A DNA stretch of 64,000 nucleotides. Origin: Candidatus Bathyarchaeota archaeon (GTDB lineage Archaea > Thermoproteota > Bathyarchaeia > Bathyarchaeales > Bathycorpusculaceae). Made by a program: the position numbers and the translations under genes. Each line of letters begins with the position of its first letter. Within the stretch, counting starts at the first letter, position 1. The notes beneath the pieces are model-generated. The model made no database searches, was not told the origin of the DNA, and saw only the letters and a program-made list of their open reading frames with translations. The DNA lies in NCBI GenBank assembly GCA_963768425.1, contig CAVYHV010000010.1:1-64000 (forward strand), read 5' to 3'. Shown here in pieces: positions 39,435 through 49,956 of the stretch.

Positions 39435-39884
39435 GTGAAAATGAATAACAAACCACTTTTTGAAATACCTAAAAACGATGTTAATAAAGTCCATAAGGAA
39501 ATCGCAGTCGAGTTTTTTAATTTAGTTAGCTTAGGAAGACCGATGGATGGACTAGGTTTTTTCGGACCTGAATGTAAAACTCACAATCCATATACTGCCG
39601 GCGGCATGAAGGAATTAATTGAGACAATGATTGAAGTGCAAAAACAAGGTGCACAAGGAATAAGACAGGGGTCAATGGCTGATTTTAAACTCATTATCAG
39701 GCAGGTCCTTGCTGAGGGTGATCTGGTTGCAGTACATACTCAAATCTCTGCTTCTAATCCAAGTTCTGGAGGCTTAAGGCAGGTTCATCTTTTCCGTTTC
39801 AGTGGAGACAAAATTGTAGAGTATTGGGATATTACACAAATGGTTCCTGAGAACGCACCTAACGCAGCTGGAGCGTTTTCTTAA
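39435..39884 (+). CDS. SnoaL-like/NTF2 family protein
   Basis: THNP, AEGDLVAVH, FRFSGDKIVEYWD. Confidence 0.85.
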   Translation: MKMNNKPLFEIPKNDVNKVHKEIAVEFFNLVSLGRPMDGLGFFGPECKTHNPYTAGGMKELIETMIEVQKQGAQGIRQGSMADFKLIIRQVLAEGDLVAVHTQISASNPSSGGLRQVHLFRFSGDKIVEYWDITQMVPENAPNAAGAFS

Positions 39885-40187
39885 AAGAATTCTTCAAAAG
39901 TTAAGAAACTCTCTTTCGTGTCTTTGACGTTTCCTCATACAACTCGGCGGACTTGAAGCACCCGACCATTAAGTAATCAAAACTGCATTGAACCCACATA
40001 ATGCTATACAAGTCGTAGTCTATTTGACCAAGCAGTTACCTGCCGTTTTTTCCGCATAATCGATTTGCCTGTATTTTTCCCAAGTTTAATCCTACGTTGG
40101 TAGAATGGTCAGGCTAGACAATACTATTCAGAGTTAGCACCAGTTAATTTATATTGCATGCTGGCACATGAAGCGTCTGAAATTCAA

Positions 40188-40343
40188 ATGTCAAAAAAGA
40201 ATCCGCTGGAAAAACTTTGCCCTGAATGCGAAGAAGACATGAATCCTGTATATGACAAAAACAAGGTACTCGTTTGTTGGGAATGTACCGAGTGCGGTAC
40301 AGTTGTTTCAGCAGCAAAAGAAGTCAGAAAAGAAAAACCTTAG
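40188..40343 (+). CDS. Small zinc-ribbon protein
   Basis: CPEC...WECTECG. Confidence 0.65.
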   Translation: MSKKNPLEKLCPECEEDMNPVYDKNKVLVCWECTECGTVVSAAKEVRKEKP

Positions 40344-40632
40344 CCCAGAACATCAGAAACAAGCTTTCGGAAAGGCTAACTGGTTCTGTTTCGACCCGAG
40401 CGTTTGAACATCAGCATTTTACTAGTGCTTCAGTATTTTTCTACATAGAATAGTTTCTGAAGGGCTGCTTATTTCATGGGTGACGAGACCAAAAGTAATG
40501 ACACGACGTAAATTATGCAGTGGGCTATAAGCCTTAAGTCAATATGAGAGTTTCATGCGGTCTGATTACTGTTCAAAGCCAATAGATAGTGTTGTTAGGT
40601 TTTTAAAAAAAGGAAATGGAGGTTTTGTTTTC

Positions 40633-43200
40633 TTATGGTTTCTTTCTTAGTATTAGTAGTCCGACTATGGCGATTGCGATAACGACAGCGATTACTGCAC
40701 CGGTCATATACATCATGAGGTCTGATGGCGTGGCGAAGTTTTCTGTTACTGGCGCAGGAGTTATTGTCGTTTGTGCTGCGTTGGCGCAGAATGCGGCATT
40801 GGCAGAAGATCCGTAGTACGATTGTGTGCCCCCGAAGGTTGCTGTGACCGTGAAGTTTCCAGATATAGTTGGGGTCCATGAGAGGCTATAGAATCCTGTT
40901 GGGTCGGTGGTGGCAGTGCCTATGTTATAATGGTTGCCGTTTGAATCGGTGACAGATATCGTGACTGGAACTCCTGTAACGTTGGTCGGCATTGGCTGCT
41001 GCTCATAAACGTATTGCATCCACTGAGACATGCTTGCATCCGAGACACATGGTAAACCGTTGGGGAAGTCAGATGCAACTGCATTCTGTGATGCACCGGC
41101 TGATATGTCAGTGACTGTTCCGCTTATCGTTATAGGTGCGGAGGTTGTTACGCCAACGTCAGGTGCAGTGACTGTTGTCTTGCTGGGACCCATTCCGAAT
41201 GCGTAGATTTGGTTGTCATAGCCGTTGTATCCTACGAGTTCACCGTTTGCTACTGCCATTGACACGTAAACTGCTGGAAGGCTCCACATCAATTTGCCTG
41301 TTGTAGCGTTTATAGCGTATAAGTCATATCCGCGGTACATGGGTGTAGGTGGCGTGTGCTCTGAAGGTCCGTAGTAAATGATGCCGTTTGCGATTGTTAC
41401 TCCTCCAAAGGTAGGCCAGCTTCCGAATGGAGTTTGGACTCCGCTATTGCCCTCGCTGAAAGTCCAAACGCTTGCTCCCGTTTTTACATTGAAAGCGCAG
41501 ACATCTCCTGAGTAGCCAGTGGTGTAAAGCATTCCGTAAGCTATCTGGCCAGCCCAGTCATAGTAGGACCAGTCATTTCCAGTTACGGTGTTTAGCGGTG
41601 GTGTTACGCCTGTTTCGAGTCCGGTCTTAATGTTAATGATGTGCCACTCCAGAGTTTCTCTTTGGAAGAATGCATAGTACCCGTCTCCGTATGCGTCGCC
41701 GAAGGTTAGCAGTCCAGGTATAGCTGGTCCGCCTTGTCCCCATCCAACGTTTGTCCGGTTTTCAACCCATAGTTGCGCACCTGTTGTAAGGCTGTATCCT
41801 GCATCGACAAAGACTGGGTTCGCTGTGTTTGTGTTTACTTGTCCCTCAGCAACCATTACACCATCTGGATAGTCATAGATTGACGCAGAGGGGGAGCCTA
41901 TAACTGGTGGGATAGTAACGTTCCATTGGATTCCGTTTGCCCAAGGTCGAGAAGCAACCGAGGAAGGCTCATAACTTTGCGAGTTTGCGGCAGAGATTGG
42001 ATATTGAACAGCTAAAGTTGAGTTCCACATAGCAAACCAGCCAGCCGCCTCGTTTAGGTCGTAAACCAGTATTTCACCGCTCGGACCATAAACTGGACTT
42101 AAAGCAAGCGCGCTGGGGCCGAACATTCCCATTGAAGAGATGACATTTGTGTACTTTGTTATCATTGTTCCAGTTAAAGCGTCGTACTGATACCATGTAG
42201 ACCCATCAGGTGAGACGGTCCATAGGAACGCTTGTGTCCCTGACATTAGACCAGCATCGATCGTGTAGACTTGAGCGCAAGTTATTTGTGGCATAGTAAG
42301 GTTTTGCCAGACTAGTTGTCCAGTGCGCAAGTTTACGCAGTCTACTCCTGGTAAACCTCTTACAAACATACTGCTAGGCGGGTTTATGTCGTAATACATG
42401 TAACCGTTAATTATCCATTCTGCAAGTTTGTTTTCGTAGAGGAGTCCTGTGTAGTAGTTCAATCCATAAGTGTTTCCAGCTCGTAGTGCAGATCCATTAA
42501 TTGTTCCTCCGCTTAGACCGCCGAAGGATATTGGTTTTGTCCACAATATGTGACTTGTGTTGGGTCCTTCATTCGTAGTCGGGCTACCACCATTGTAAAC
42601 TCCAGAGTTTACCCAGTTACCTGCCAAAACATACCAGTTGTCGTTTGTAGAGTATATTGGGGTTGTCCAATAACTTGTCGGAAGAGGTGTTTGGGGCCAT
42701 GGGAGCACTTGATTTGTTGTTACGTTTAGCTTCTGAACGGTACTTTGGCTTGAGTCATATGAGTAATTGCCTGGAGGCGTGCCGAAGCCTGAGAAAGCTT
42801 GTTGGTTTATCGTTAAGGCTTCGAAGTTGGCTTGGAACGAATACATGCCAGTCGTGGTGGGCGTGTAAGATATGTAAGTGTACCCGGTTGGAAGAGTTTC
42901 TGGAAGTTTTAATGTGGTTGATGTCCCTCTTGGGTCAGTTACGGTTAGAGTCATGTTCCATCCGTAAAAGGTATTTCCTGTTTGAAAAGGTGCAAGGCTT
43001 AGCCAGACAAATGCAGTGACAGGTTGATTAACCCCTACAGGGTTTGGTGAAAGATTCATGAAAGTTTCGGTTGGAAAGGTTCGTTGAATTCCAGCGGCAT
43101 TGGCAGACGGCGCAAGCATTACTGAAGCTCCTATTGATAACGTTAATATTGCTGCAATCAAAATTGCCATAGCTTTACTTTTTGGCTTTTGTATTTTCAT
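40633..43200 (-). CDS. Large PQQ-like beta-propeller cell-surface protein (intact)
   Basis: Signal peptide, repeated xxTGxxxW blades, C-terminal Ig-like region, TM + LRKKP. Confidence 0.9.
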   Translation of the reverse strand: MKIQKPKSKAMAILIAAILTLSIGASVMLAPSANAAGIQRTFPTETFMNLSPNPVGVNQPVTAFVWLSLAPFQTGNTFYGWNMTLTVTDPRGTSTTLKLPETLPTGYTYISYTPTTTGMYSFQANFEALTINQQAFSGFGTPPGNYSYDSSQSTVQKLNVTTNQVLPWPQTPLPTSYWTTPIYSTNDNWYVLAGNWVNSGVYNGGSPTTNEGPNTSHILWTKPISFGGLSGGTINGSALRAGNTYGLNYYTGLLYENKLAEWIINGYMYYDINPPSSMFVRGLPGVDCVNLRTGQLVWQNLTMPQITCAQVYTIDAGLMSGTQAFLWTVSPDGSTWYQYDALTGTMITKYTNVISSMGMFGPSALALSPVYGPSGEILVYDLNEAAGWFAMWNSTLAVQYPISAANSQSYEPSSVASRPWANGIQWNVTIPPVIGSPSASIYDYPDGVMVAEGQVNTNTANPVFVDAGYSLTTGAQLWVENRTNVGWGQGGPAIPGLLTFGDAYGDGYYAFFQRETLEWHIINIKTGLETGVTPPLNTVTGNDWSYYDWAGQIAYGMLYTTGYSGDVCAFNVKTGASVWTFSEGNSGVQTPFGSWPTFGGVTIANGIIYYGPSEHTPPTPMYRGYDLYAINATTGKLMWSLPAVYVSMAVANGELVGYNGYDNQIYAFGMGPSKTTVTAPDVGVTTSAPITISGTVTDISAGASQNAVASDFPNGLPCVSDASMSQWMQYVYEQQPMPTNVTGVPVTISVTDSNGNHYNIGTATTDPTGFYSLSWTPTISGNFTVTATFGGTQSYYGSSANAAFCANAAQTTITPAPVTENFATPSDLMMYMTGAVIAVVIAIAIVGLLILRKKP

Positions 43201-43694
43201 TTGCTTTTTTCTCCTTTTTTCTGTAAGCAGCGATTCTTTCAAGTAAGGTATTAAGCGTTTGTTAGTAGCACCTCTACTTACATTTTACAAAAATTAACAA
43301 GCGCTTTGCCATCAAAAGACTAATAGGAAGCTTGAATCGGCAAGTTGTTCTCATGCCTTGTAGCTTTCTTTTCCGATATATCGATTTTCGATATATATCG
43401 AGAAATAAAACACTGCTTTATATTAAGACTCCCTACACTGAGTTGTAGAAGAGTGTAACACATGAACAGCACAACACAAATACAAAAAAGCCAAACCGCA
43501 GATCTGTCAGATAGTCTGCCAGTATGTTTAATTTACCTCCTCAAAGGCGATAAGACTAAGACAAAAAACCGAGCGGTAAGAAATTGCGAATCCCTCAATC
43601 AAATGTGCCCTAAACGGGTTACTTTCGGTTTTTTGCATCGAGATTGTTATTAAGACCTATTTTCACTTACTTCCAACATCGCAGAGGGAGGAAA

Positions 43695-44216
43695 ATGGAA
43701 AAAATAAAGTTGCTGACACCTACAGTGCTGGCTGTGTTAATGTTGTGTGTGTTGAGTTTTTCTCCCGTGTTCGCGACTGACACGACAAAATTCAACCTTG
43801 CTTTAGAGTCAAACCAGATTCAGTACATGATACCAGCAGGAACCGTCTTCAATGGTTCAATAGCAACCACCGGCATGGTTCGCTTCTGGGTCACTGCTCC
43901 CAACGGCGCACAAATCGTCAACCTGGGCATAATAGACAAAACCAGCAGTTTCAGTTTTGACGCCCAACAGAACGGAACCTACACATTCAACTTCGAAAAC
44001 GACCTGCCCAACACGATTACCGTAACCTTCTCTTACACGTCAAACCCCCAACTCCCAAACAACACCACAAGTACACCTCCAAGCTTCATCCTAACAATAA
44101 TCACAGTAGCCGTTGTCGGAAGCTTGCTAATATTTTTCAGCATAAGACGCAAAACCAAAAAGGCAATGGCCGCCCACCAAAAAGCAGAGCTGCAAAGAAA
44201 CAATCCAGATAAGTAA
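43695..44216 (+). CDS. emp24/GOLD-like domain type I membrane protein
   Basis: Signal peptide, VRFWVTAPNG...FSFDAQQNGTYTFNFEN, TM, basic tail. Confidence 0.65.
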   Translation: MEKIKLLTPTVLAVLMLCVLSFSPVFATDTTKFNLALESNQIQYMIPAGTVFNGSIATTGMVRFWVTAPNGAQIVNLGIIDKTSSFSFDAQQNGTYTFNFENDLPNTITVTFSYTSNPQLPNNTTSTPPSFILTIITVAVVGSLLIFFSIRRKTKKAMAAHQKAELQRNNPDK

Positions 44217-44290
44217 AACATGCGCAGGTACTCCATAAGACCAACGTGAGAAAACCCGATTGGATGAAGGAAGCTTCCTGGCTTAAACGG

Positions 44291-45680
44291 TTAGAGTTTG
44301 TTTAGTTCTTGTCTCTTGCGGTGTATGGCTGCGACTGTTGCGTTGACGTTCTTTTCCTCAACTACAAGTATGATTTGGGATGTATGCGGTGCGAAAACAC
44401 CTCTTTTGATGTTAATTCCTGAAAGCGAGCTGATTGCCATGGATGCAACGCCAGGAGAATCCTTCATCCTGTCCCCAATCAGTGTAACCACGCCTAACCC
44501 ATATTCAAACCGCATTTTCTCGTCAAACCGCTTCAATTTCTCTTCCGTCTTGCGGAGGAAATCGGCGTCCAAGAAAAGGAAATCGCGTATCCGCTCCCCT
44601 GTCTCAAGGGCTTCGGCACCCAAATCTAAAAAGTCGTTTCTCCTTTCCCAAATTCGAAGCAAATCCTCAAGCGACCGGCTCTTGTCATCGTTCATTGTCA
44701 AGATTGCGCATCCTGATTTGCCTGTTAAGCATTTGACTACTTCGCCGCCGCTGGTTTCTGCTTCAATAGTCGAGAACATTTCAGGTTCATCGATCGGCAC
44801 CACCTTTAATGGTTGCTTAAATCGTCTGGCCATGGCTATAGCTGGGCTCTGCACGATTTTCATGCCCATCATCGAGGCTTTATGAGCCTCATTGTAAGTG
44901 AGAGCTGTAACGTGCTCGGTTTTTTGTCCTCGAACCACTTTGGGGTCGGCGCTTTGCAAGGGCACGTCTTTGTAAAGCAGAGTTTGAGTTCTGTAAAGGT
45001 CTTTAAGCAGGCAAGAGATGAAAACCGCCGTTAAATCCGAACCCCCTCTTCCCAGAATGGTTTCAAGCCCATCGGATGTGGCGCCTAAAAAGCCCGCTAA
45101 ACAAAGGATTTTTCCGTCCTCCAACGGCTCGAGCAGGGTGTGGAGTCTCTTTTTGCTTGAAAGGTAGTGGGGCAAAGCGTCCTCAAAATTGTCATCCGTG
45201 ACAATTGGCCACTCTTCCATCGAAACGTGACAAGAATCTAAACTGTTGCTCTTCAAAATGTAATCCGCTCAGAGTAGCCATGGCAACTTCCCCTCCTAAA
45301 GTCAATATTCTGGCTTTGACGTTGCCACTGAAACGTTTATTTACAGAGTCAAGCGTCGCCTGCGTTAACGCCTCATAATTCGCCAGCTCCTCCAACGCCT
45401 GCTTTTGCCATTCAACGCTAACATAAGCCTTTGCCAGCTTCCTATAAACTTCGAAAACTGGTTCAAGAGGCATCGAGCAAGACTGCGCATAGGATTCCCC
45501 TATACTTATGAGGGAATCAGTCGTGCCCATCGGTGCCGAAAAAACAATTATTGGGCCAAACCCGTCTTTTTCACGGATTTCCTTTATTCGTTTGATGATT
45601 TTAGGAATTCCTTTGCCTTCAAGATCTAAAAGGCTGCCGCCGAACTTTGCCACTGAAAGAGACTTAAAACCGCATTCCAC
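44291..45680 (-). CDS. lysC: Aspartate kinase (frameshift near 45270)
   Basis: VAKFGGS, LGRGGSDLTA, ADPK, ACT-like C-terminus. Confidence 0.88.
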
Positions 45681-45954
45681 CTATTAGCAAAAAGCAACTG
45701 AACTCTAGCTTTAATAATTTTCCTACATTACTCTAAATTGCTTGTTTATCATCAGGGTTTTTTATTTTGAGTGTTTTCGTTTGTATGTGCAAAAGTGCGG
45801 ATAGGTAGGCAAAGGATGTACACTTTGACGGTACAGAGAAGATATCGCCCCATGGACCAAAGCAGAAAAGGATTCAAGTGAGGGCTAAATCTTGGTTTGG
45901 AAGGAAAAAAGTAATAAATGCCGGCGATTCCAATTGGTAGAGGTTTGACTGATT

Positions 45955-46359
45955 ATGTATGATGGATACGTGTTTTTCTGCGATAAGTCTTCTTTGCAGC
46001 AATGTATTAGCAATAAACGTTACACTTGCGTAGGCGAGAAAGCCAAGCCTGAGGAACTAAAGGAGGGCTCGGTGGTTTTTCTCTATAACGCTGAAGATAA
46101 GAGTCTGCTTGGACCATTCACGACTTTGAGTGAAGGCGATGAACTGGATGCAGGCACCTGGGTTGAAAATGAAGAACACCAATACCCCTACGACGACATC
46201 AAAGTGACATGGGAAGAACTCCACGTCATCCAAAACGCGCCTGAAATGCTCCCGTTCTTAACCGATCCTAAAACATGCAAACTGTCAACTGGTCAAACGC
46301 AGCGGACTTTGGATCTTCTCAGAAAGGGGCAGCCTTACATTTCGGAAAAAAGCAGGTAG
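45955..46359 (+). CDS. Stand-alone DCD (PUA/EVE-like) domain protein
   Basis: GYVFFC...QQC...LKEGSVVFLYN...LLGPF...LDAGTW matches the DCD pattern. Confidence 0.7.
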   Translation: MYDGYVFFCDKSSLQQCISNKRYTCVGEKAKPEELKEGSVVFLYNAEDKSLLGPFTTLSEGDELDAGTWVENEEHQYPYDDIKVTWEELHVIQNAPEMLPFLTDPKTCKLSTGQTQRTLDLLRKGQPYISEKSR

Positions 46360-46373
46360 GCGCAGGCTAAGGC

Positions 46374-46571
46374 TTAGGGGTCAACAAGCTTTTTGGCGTC
46401 TAAGCACAAGATTTTATGGCAGTTAGGGCAGCGAGTGAAAGTCAACTCAAAACCATTTAGCACGTCAAAGAACCTTTCCGTGTAGAGCTCGCGGTCTTTG
46501 TGGCTGCAATTTAACTTGCTTTCACTAACTAGCCCTTCTTTATCCAATTCTCCTTTCTCCAATCTAGGCAT
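46374..46571 (-). CDS. Small zinc-binding protein
   Basis: CSH...RCPNCHK. Confidence 0.6.
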   Translation of the reverse strand: MPRLEKGELDKEGLVSESKLNCSHKDRELYTERFFDVLNGFELTFTRCPNCHKILCLDAKKLVDP

Positions 46572-46705
46572 GCCGAAAACACGTTATAACCTTTATGGAA
46601 AACATCACCAACTTGTCTATTCGTTGATGCAGCAACCGAACTTCAAGAAGCAACGGTGAAATGTGAAGCGTTAAATAGAATAATTCAGCATGAATTAATC
46701 ATATC

Positions 46706-47788
46706 TTGGAGAAGCAAGACATGAAGGAAAAAGGTCCCTTATTCATTGTACCTTGGCGATGCACCTTCGAATGCGACAATAACTGCGTACACTGCACTTC
46801 ATCGGGGAAATCGGCGGTCCCAAACGAACTTAACACTGAAGATGCATTGAAAATGGTCGATCAAGTTGCAGATTTTGGTGCGAGTTTCTTCGGAATTACT
46901 GGTGGGCAACCTTTTCTGCGAAAAGATCTTTTCCAAGTTATAGCTCATGCTCGAGAGCTTGGTTTGAACGCAAGCATCATAACCGATGGACGCCGAATGG
47001 ACAAGGCAGTCTTCGACAGCCTCGTCAAGTACCAAGTTAAGATTTCAATAAGCATCGACGGCGCAAAAAAGACCAACGATGCGATCCGCGGAATTGGCGC
47101 TTACGCTGCCGCTGTTTCAGCGATAAAAAAGTTTTCAAAGGAGAAACTCCTGAACTGCCTAGTCTATACGTTTGCGAACGCTGGATCTGTTACGAACGCC
47201 AATGTAGAAGATATGCGTCACGTTCTTGATTTAGCCCGCAAATATGACGCACGCTGGGTTGTTTTCCACGGTTTGATTCCCTACAGTAAGGAAAAAGAAA
47301 ACCTGAAAGCCGACTTGACGCCGCAGCAGTACGAATGGGTATGCAATCAACTCTACGACTTGACTCTGGAGTATGGTGGCAAACCCGGAATTAACATTTA
47401 CATTCCCTTCTATGCCCGAGTGGCGAAGCAGCGAGGCATGCCTGACTTTGAAAAATGGTATAACAACTTCTTCTTAGGCAGATGTTTCTTCGGCAAATTC
47501 TTCAGTGTTGCGGAAAACGGCGACGCCATACCCTGCAGCTACAACGACGCGTACAGGCTGGGAAACGTCAAAGATATGTCGCTTAAGCAGATTTGGGATA
47601 ACATGCAAAGCAGCGAGTTCTTCGCCGAAGTCAAAGACAAAAGCAAAATCAAGGGCAAATGCGGTGTCTGCGAATACAAGGAACTCTGCGGTGGCTGCCG
47701 ATCAGCGGCGCTTTACTACTCGGGAGATATTTTAGGCTCTGACCTGCGATGCGCCTATATTCCGATTGCTTTAAGGCCAAAGAAATAG
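46706..47788 (+). CDS. Radical SAM protein with SPASM domain
   Basis: CDNNCVHC (CxxxCxxC), TGGQP, CFFG...PC...CGVCEYKELCGGCR. Confidence 0.92.
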   Translation: MEKQDMKEKGPLFIVPWRCTFECDNNCVHCTSSGKSAVPNELNTEDALKMVDQVADFGASFFGITGGQPFLRKDLFQVIAHARELGLNASIITDGRRMDKAVFDSLVKYQVKISISIDGAKKTNDAIRGIGAYAAAVSAIKKFSKEKLLNCLVYTFANAGSVTNANVEDMRHVLDLARKYDARWVVFHGLIPYSKEKENLKADLTPQQYEWVCNQLYDLTLEYGGKPGINIYIPFYARVAKQRGMPDFEKWYNNFFLGRCFFGKFFSVAENGDAIPCSYNDAYRLGNVKDMSLKQIWDNMQSSEFFAEVKDKSKIKGKCGVCEYKELCGGCRSAALYYSGDILGSDLRCAYIPIALRPKK

Positions 47789-48026
47789 CGTAAACACTCT
47801 CACTTGGGTAAAAGAGAGGCAAAAGGAACCGCTCTTCTTTCATATTTAGCATTGCATGTTTTTAGCCGGCTGATTATTCGGCAACCTGAAATCAAGATAT
47901 CAACAACAACATCAACAACAACCAAAAACGCATTGCTGTTGACTAAGTTAATAGGAGTGGCGTGCACCCAAAAAATTAAGGAAGAGAGAGGGGATAAAAG
48001 GAATCATCTGGATGCACGTCACACGT

Positions 48027-48299
48027 TTATGAACTTCTCAAGTGTTGCCGGAAAAGGGCGCCGTAAGTTCTTCTTGACTTGTTAAAGTTTGACTGCGCGT
48101 TCGCTTTTTGGTGGAGCGATTTCTGTGAGTCTTTTCTAGTGATGAAAACTGATCCGCCGTTTTTCAGGTGTTTTTTTACTTGGAAGAAATCCACTTGGTT
48201 AGCTTCTCGAACTTCTACGTCGTCGCTAGCGTCGTTATCCAGCAAGAGGACTTGAAACATTGGTGTCTTCGTTTTTTTGTTTTCAGAAGAATTTTTCAA
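48027..48299 (-). CDS. Hypothetical protein
   Basis: ORF downstream of the trm1-proC-HAD cluster, same strand. Confidence 0.6.
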   Translation of the reverse strand: MKNSSENKKTKTPMFQVLLLDNDASDDVEVREANQVDFFQVKKHLKNGGSVFITRKDSQKSLHQKANAQSNFNKSRRTYGALFRQHLRSS

Positions 48300-48405
48300 A
48301 TAACGTCACTTTCTCCAGATTTGAGAGTAATTATTCTTTAGTTTGATAAATTCTTAAGTCTATGTGACTGTGAAGTAACAACCACAAGCCTGAATTTTGC
48401 GCGGA

Positions 48406-49065
48406 TTATTGATGAAGGATGTAGGTGGCTACTCGCTTGTCCTCTAAAGTCTGAACGATCAGATCAGGTTTCTCTAATTCAAGCTCCTGCCTGGAATAAA
48501 CGCCTGTAAGAACTGCGACGCAGCCCATTTTGGCCGATTTAGCAGCTTTAACACCGAACAATGAGTCCTCAACAACGACGCAACATTCAGGTTTTGCGCC
48601 AAGCTTGTTCGCCGTTTTCAGGAAAATTTCTGGGTTAGGCTTTGAATGTGAAATGGAGTCAGCGGTTAGAACAACGCTAAAGTATTTTTCCAGATCTTTG
48701 GCTTTCACCAGATGGCTTATGACAGAGTAATTATTCATCGATGCCAAGCCTATCTTGATCTTGCCAAGCAACGTGTCGAGAAGCTGTCTGGCGCCTGGGA
48801 ACAGGGTTACTTGGTTGGTAAGTTCGATTTCAAGCTCGCTCTTGCGTTCAACGAGCCGTTGGACAATTTTTTCGTCATAAGTCGTTTGGGCTGACTGTAG
48901 AATGTCTCTGAAAGTTTCTGCTGCACCAATGCCGATTCTGCGTTCAATGTATTCGTCACTGACTTTAACGTTGATTTCGTCCAGCGCCTTCTGAAACGAA
49001 ACTACGATTACTTTGCGTGTGTCGCCTAAGGTGCCGTCCCAATCAAAAATGGCTGCTTCAAACAT
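48406..49065 (-). CDS. HAD family phosphatase
   Basis: FDWDGTL, KPNPEIF, EDS. Confidence 0.92.
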   Translation of the reverse strand: MFEAAIFDWDGTLGDTRKVIVVSFQKALDEINVKVSDEYIERRIGIGAAETFRDILQSAQTTYDEKIVQRLVERKSELEIELTNQVTLFPGARQLLDTLLGKIKIGLASMNNYSVISHLVKAKDLEKYFSVVLTADSISHSKPNPEIFLKTANKLGAKPECCVVVEDSLFGVKAAKSAKMGCVAVLTGVYSRQELELEKPDLIVQTLEDKRVATYILHQ

Positions 49066-49076
49066 GGCGGCTCAAA

Positions 49077-49883
49077 CTAGTTCAGGTTCAGTTTTTCCCT
49101 GATTTCTTGGCTTTTCTTTGTGGCTTCTTCGATAGCGCGGATCATTGCTGGGCGGATTTGGCTTTGCTCAATCTGGTAGATGGCTTCAATGGTTGTTCCG
49201 CCAGGCGTTGTGGTCATGTCCTTGATTTTGGATGGTTCCTCATGCAGGTCCAAGACTAGTTTGCCTGTTGCCATGACGGTTTGGGCAGCGCAGGTTAACG
49301 CGATGTTGCGGGGTAGCCCCACCTTTAAGCCGGCGTAGGTCAATGCCTCGACGATAATGGACATGTAGCCTGGACCGCTTCCGCTCAAAGCTGTTATTGC
49401 ATCCAAATATTTCTCGTCCAGCTCGTCACATATGCCGAACATGTTAAGTAAAGTTTTGACTTTTTCTTTGTCTGCCGCTGTAACGTTGGGTTCGCAACAG
49501 TAAGCCGTGTAGGCAGCTTGCACCATGGCGCCAAGGTTAGGCATGATTCTTACGATTCGTGCTTCAGGCGCGTTCTTTCTCAGGAACTTCAGCGGAACCG
49601 TGGCAGCAACAGAAATCAGCAATTTATCTTTAATTTCTGCGCTGATCTCCTTGAGAACCTTAGCCACATCGCCGGGCTTAACTATGATGAAAATAATGTC
49701 GGCTTGAGCAGCGGACTTCACGTTTTCAGTTGAAGTTTTGACGCCGAGGATTTCAAACTCTTTAAGTCTGTCTAAGGCAATGTCAACAGCCGTCAATTTG
49801 CCTTTGTAGCCGCCTTTAACCAGACTTTTGATTATGGCTCCACCCATCATTCCAGAGCCGATTACCGCGATTTTATCGTCCAT
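49077..49883 (-). CDS. proC: Pyrroline-5-carboxylate reductase
   Basis: IGSGMMG, VKP, RIMPN, ALSGSGPGY, TTPGGTT. Confidence 0.95.
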   Translation of the reverse strand: MDDKIAVIGSGMMGGAIIKSLVKGGYKGKLTAVDIALDRLKEFEILGVKTSTENVKSAAQADIIFIIVKPGDVAKVLKEISAEIKDKLLISVAATVPLKFLRKNAPEARIVRIMPNLGAMVQAAYTAYCCEPNVTAADKEKVKTLLNMFGICDELDEKYLDAITALSGSGPGYMSIIVEALTYAGLKVGLPRNIALTCAAQTVMATGKLVLDLHEEPSKIKDMTTTPGGTTIEAIYQIEQSQIRPAMIRAIEEATKKSQEIREKLNLN

Positions 49884-49956
49884 AACTGTCTACCTTGCTG
49901 TTTTAAGGACAGTAACTTCACCCTTTAAACTTTTGTCACTTAAACAAGTTCAAAAT

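Noticed and set aside
38673-39942. Shared 14-mer gtttcctcatacaa at ~38673 and ~39929 flanking the DHFR-like and SnoaL genes
   Set aside because: Only two short copies with weak further similarity; a cassette boundary cannot be distinguished from chance or gene remnants.
8591-43200. Diversity-generating or repeat-driven relationship between the two beta-propeller genes
   Set aside because: They look like ordinary diverged paralogs; no reverse transcriptase or TR/VR pair with adenine-specific differences was seen.
46374-47788. RiPP system (small peptide + SPASM radical SAM)
   Set aside because: The small ORF is divergent and looks like a zinc-binding protein; there is no PqqD/RRE, protease or transporter alongside.
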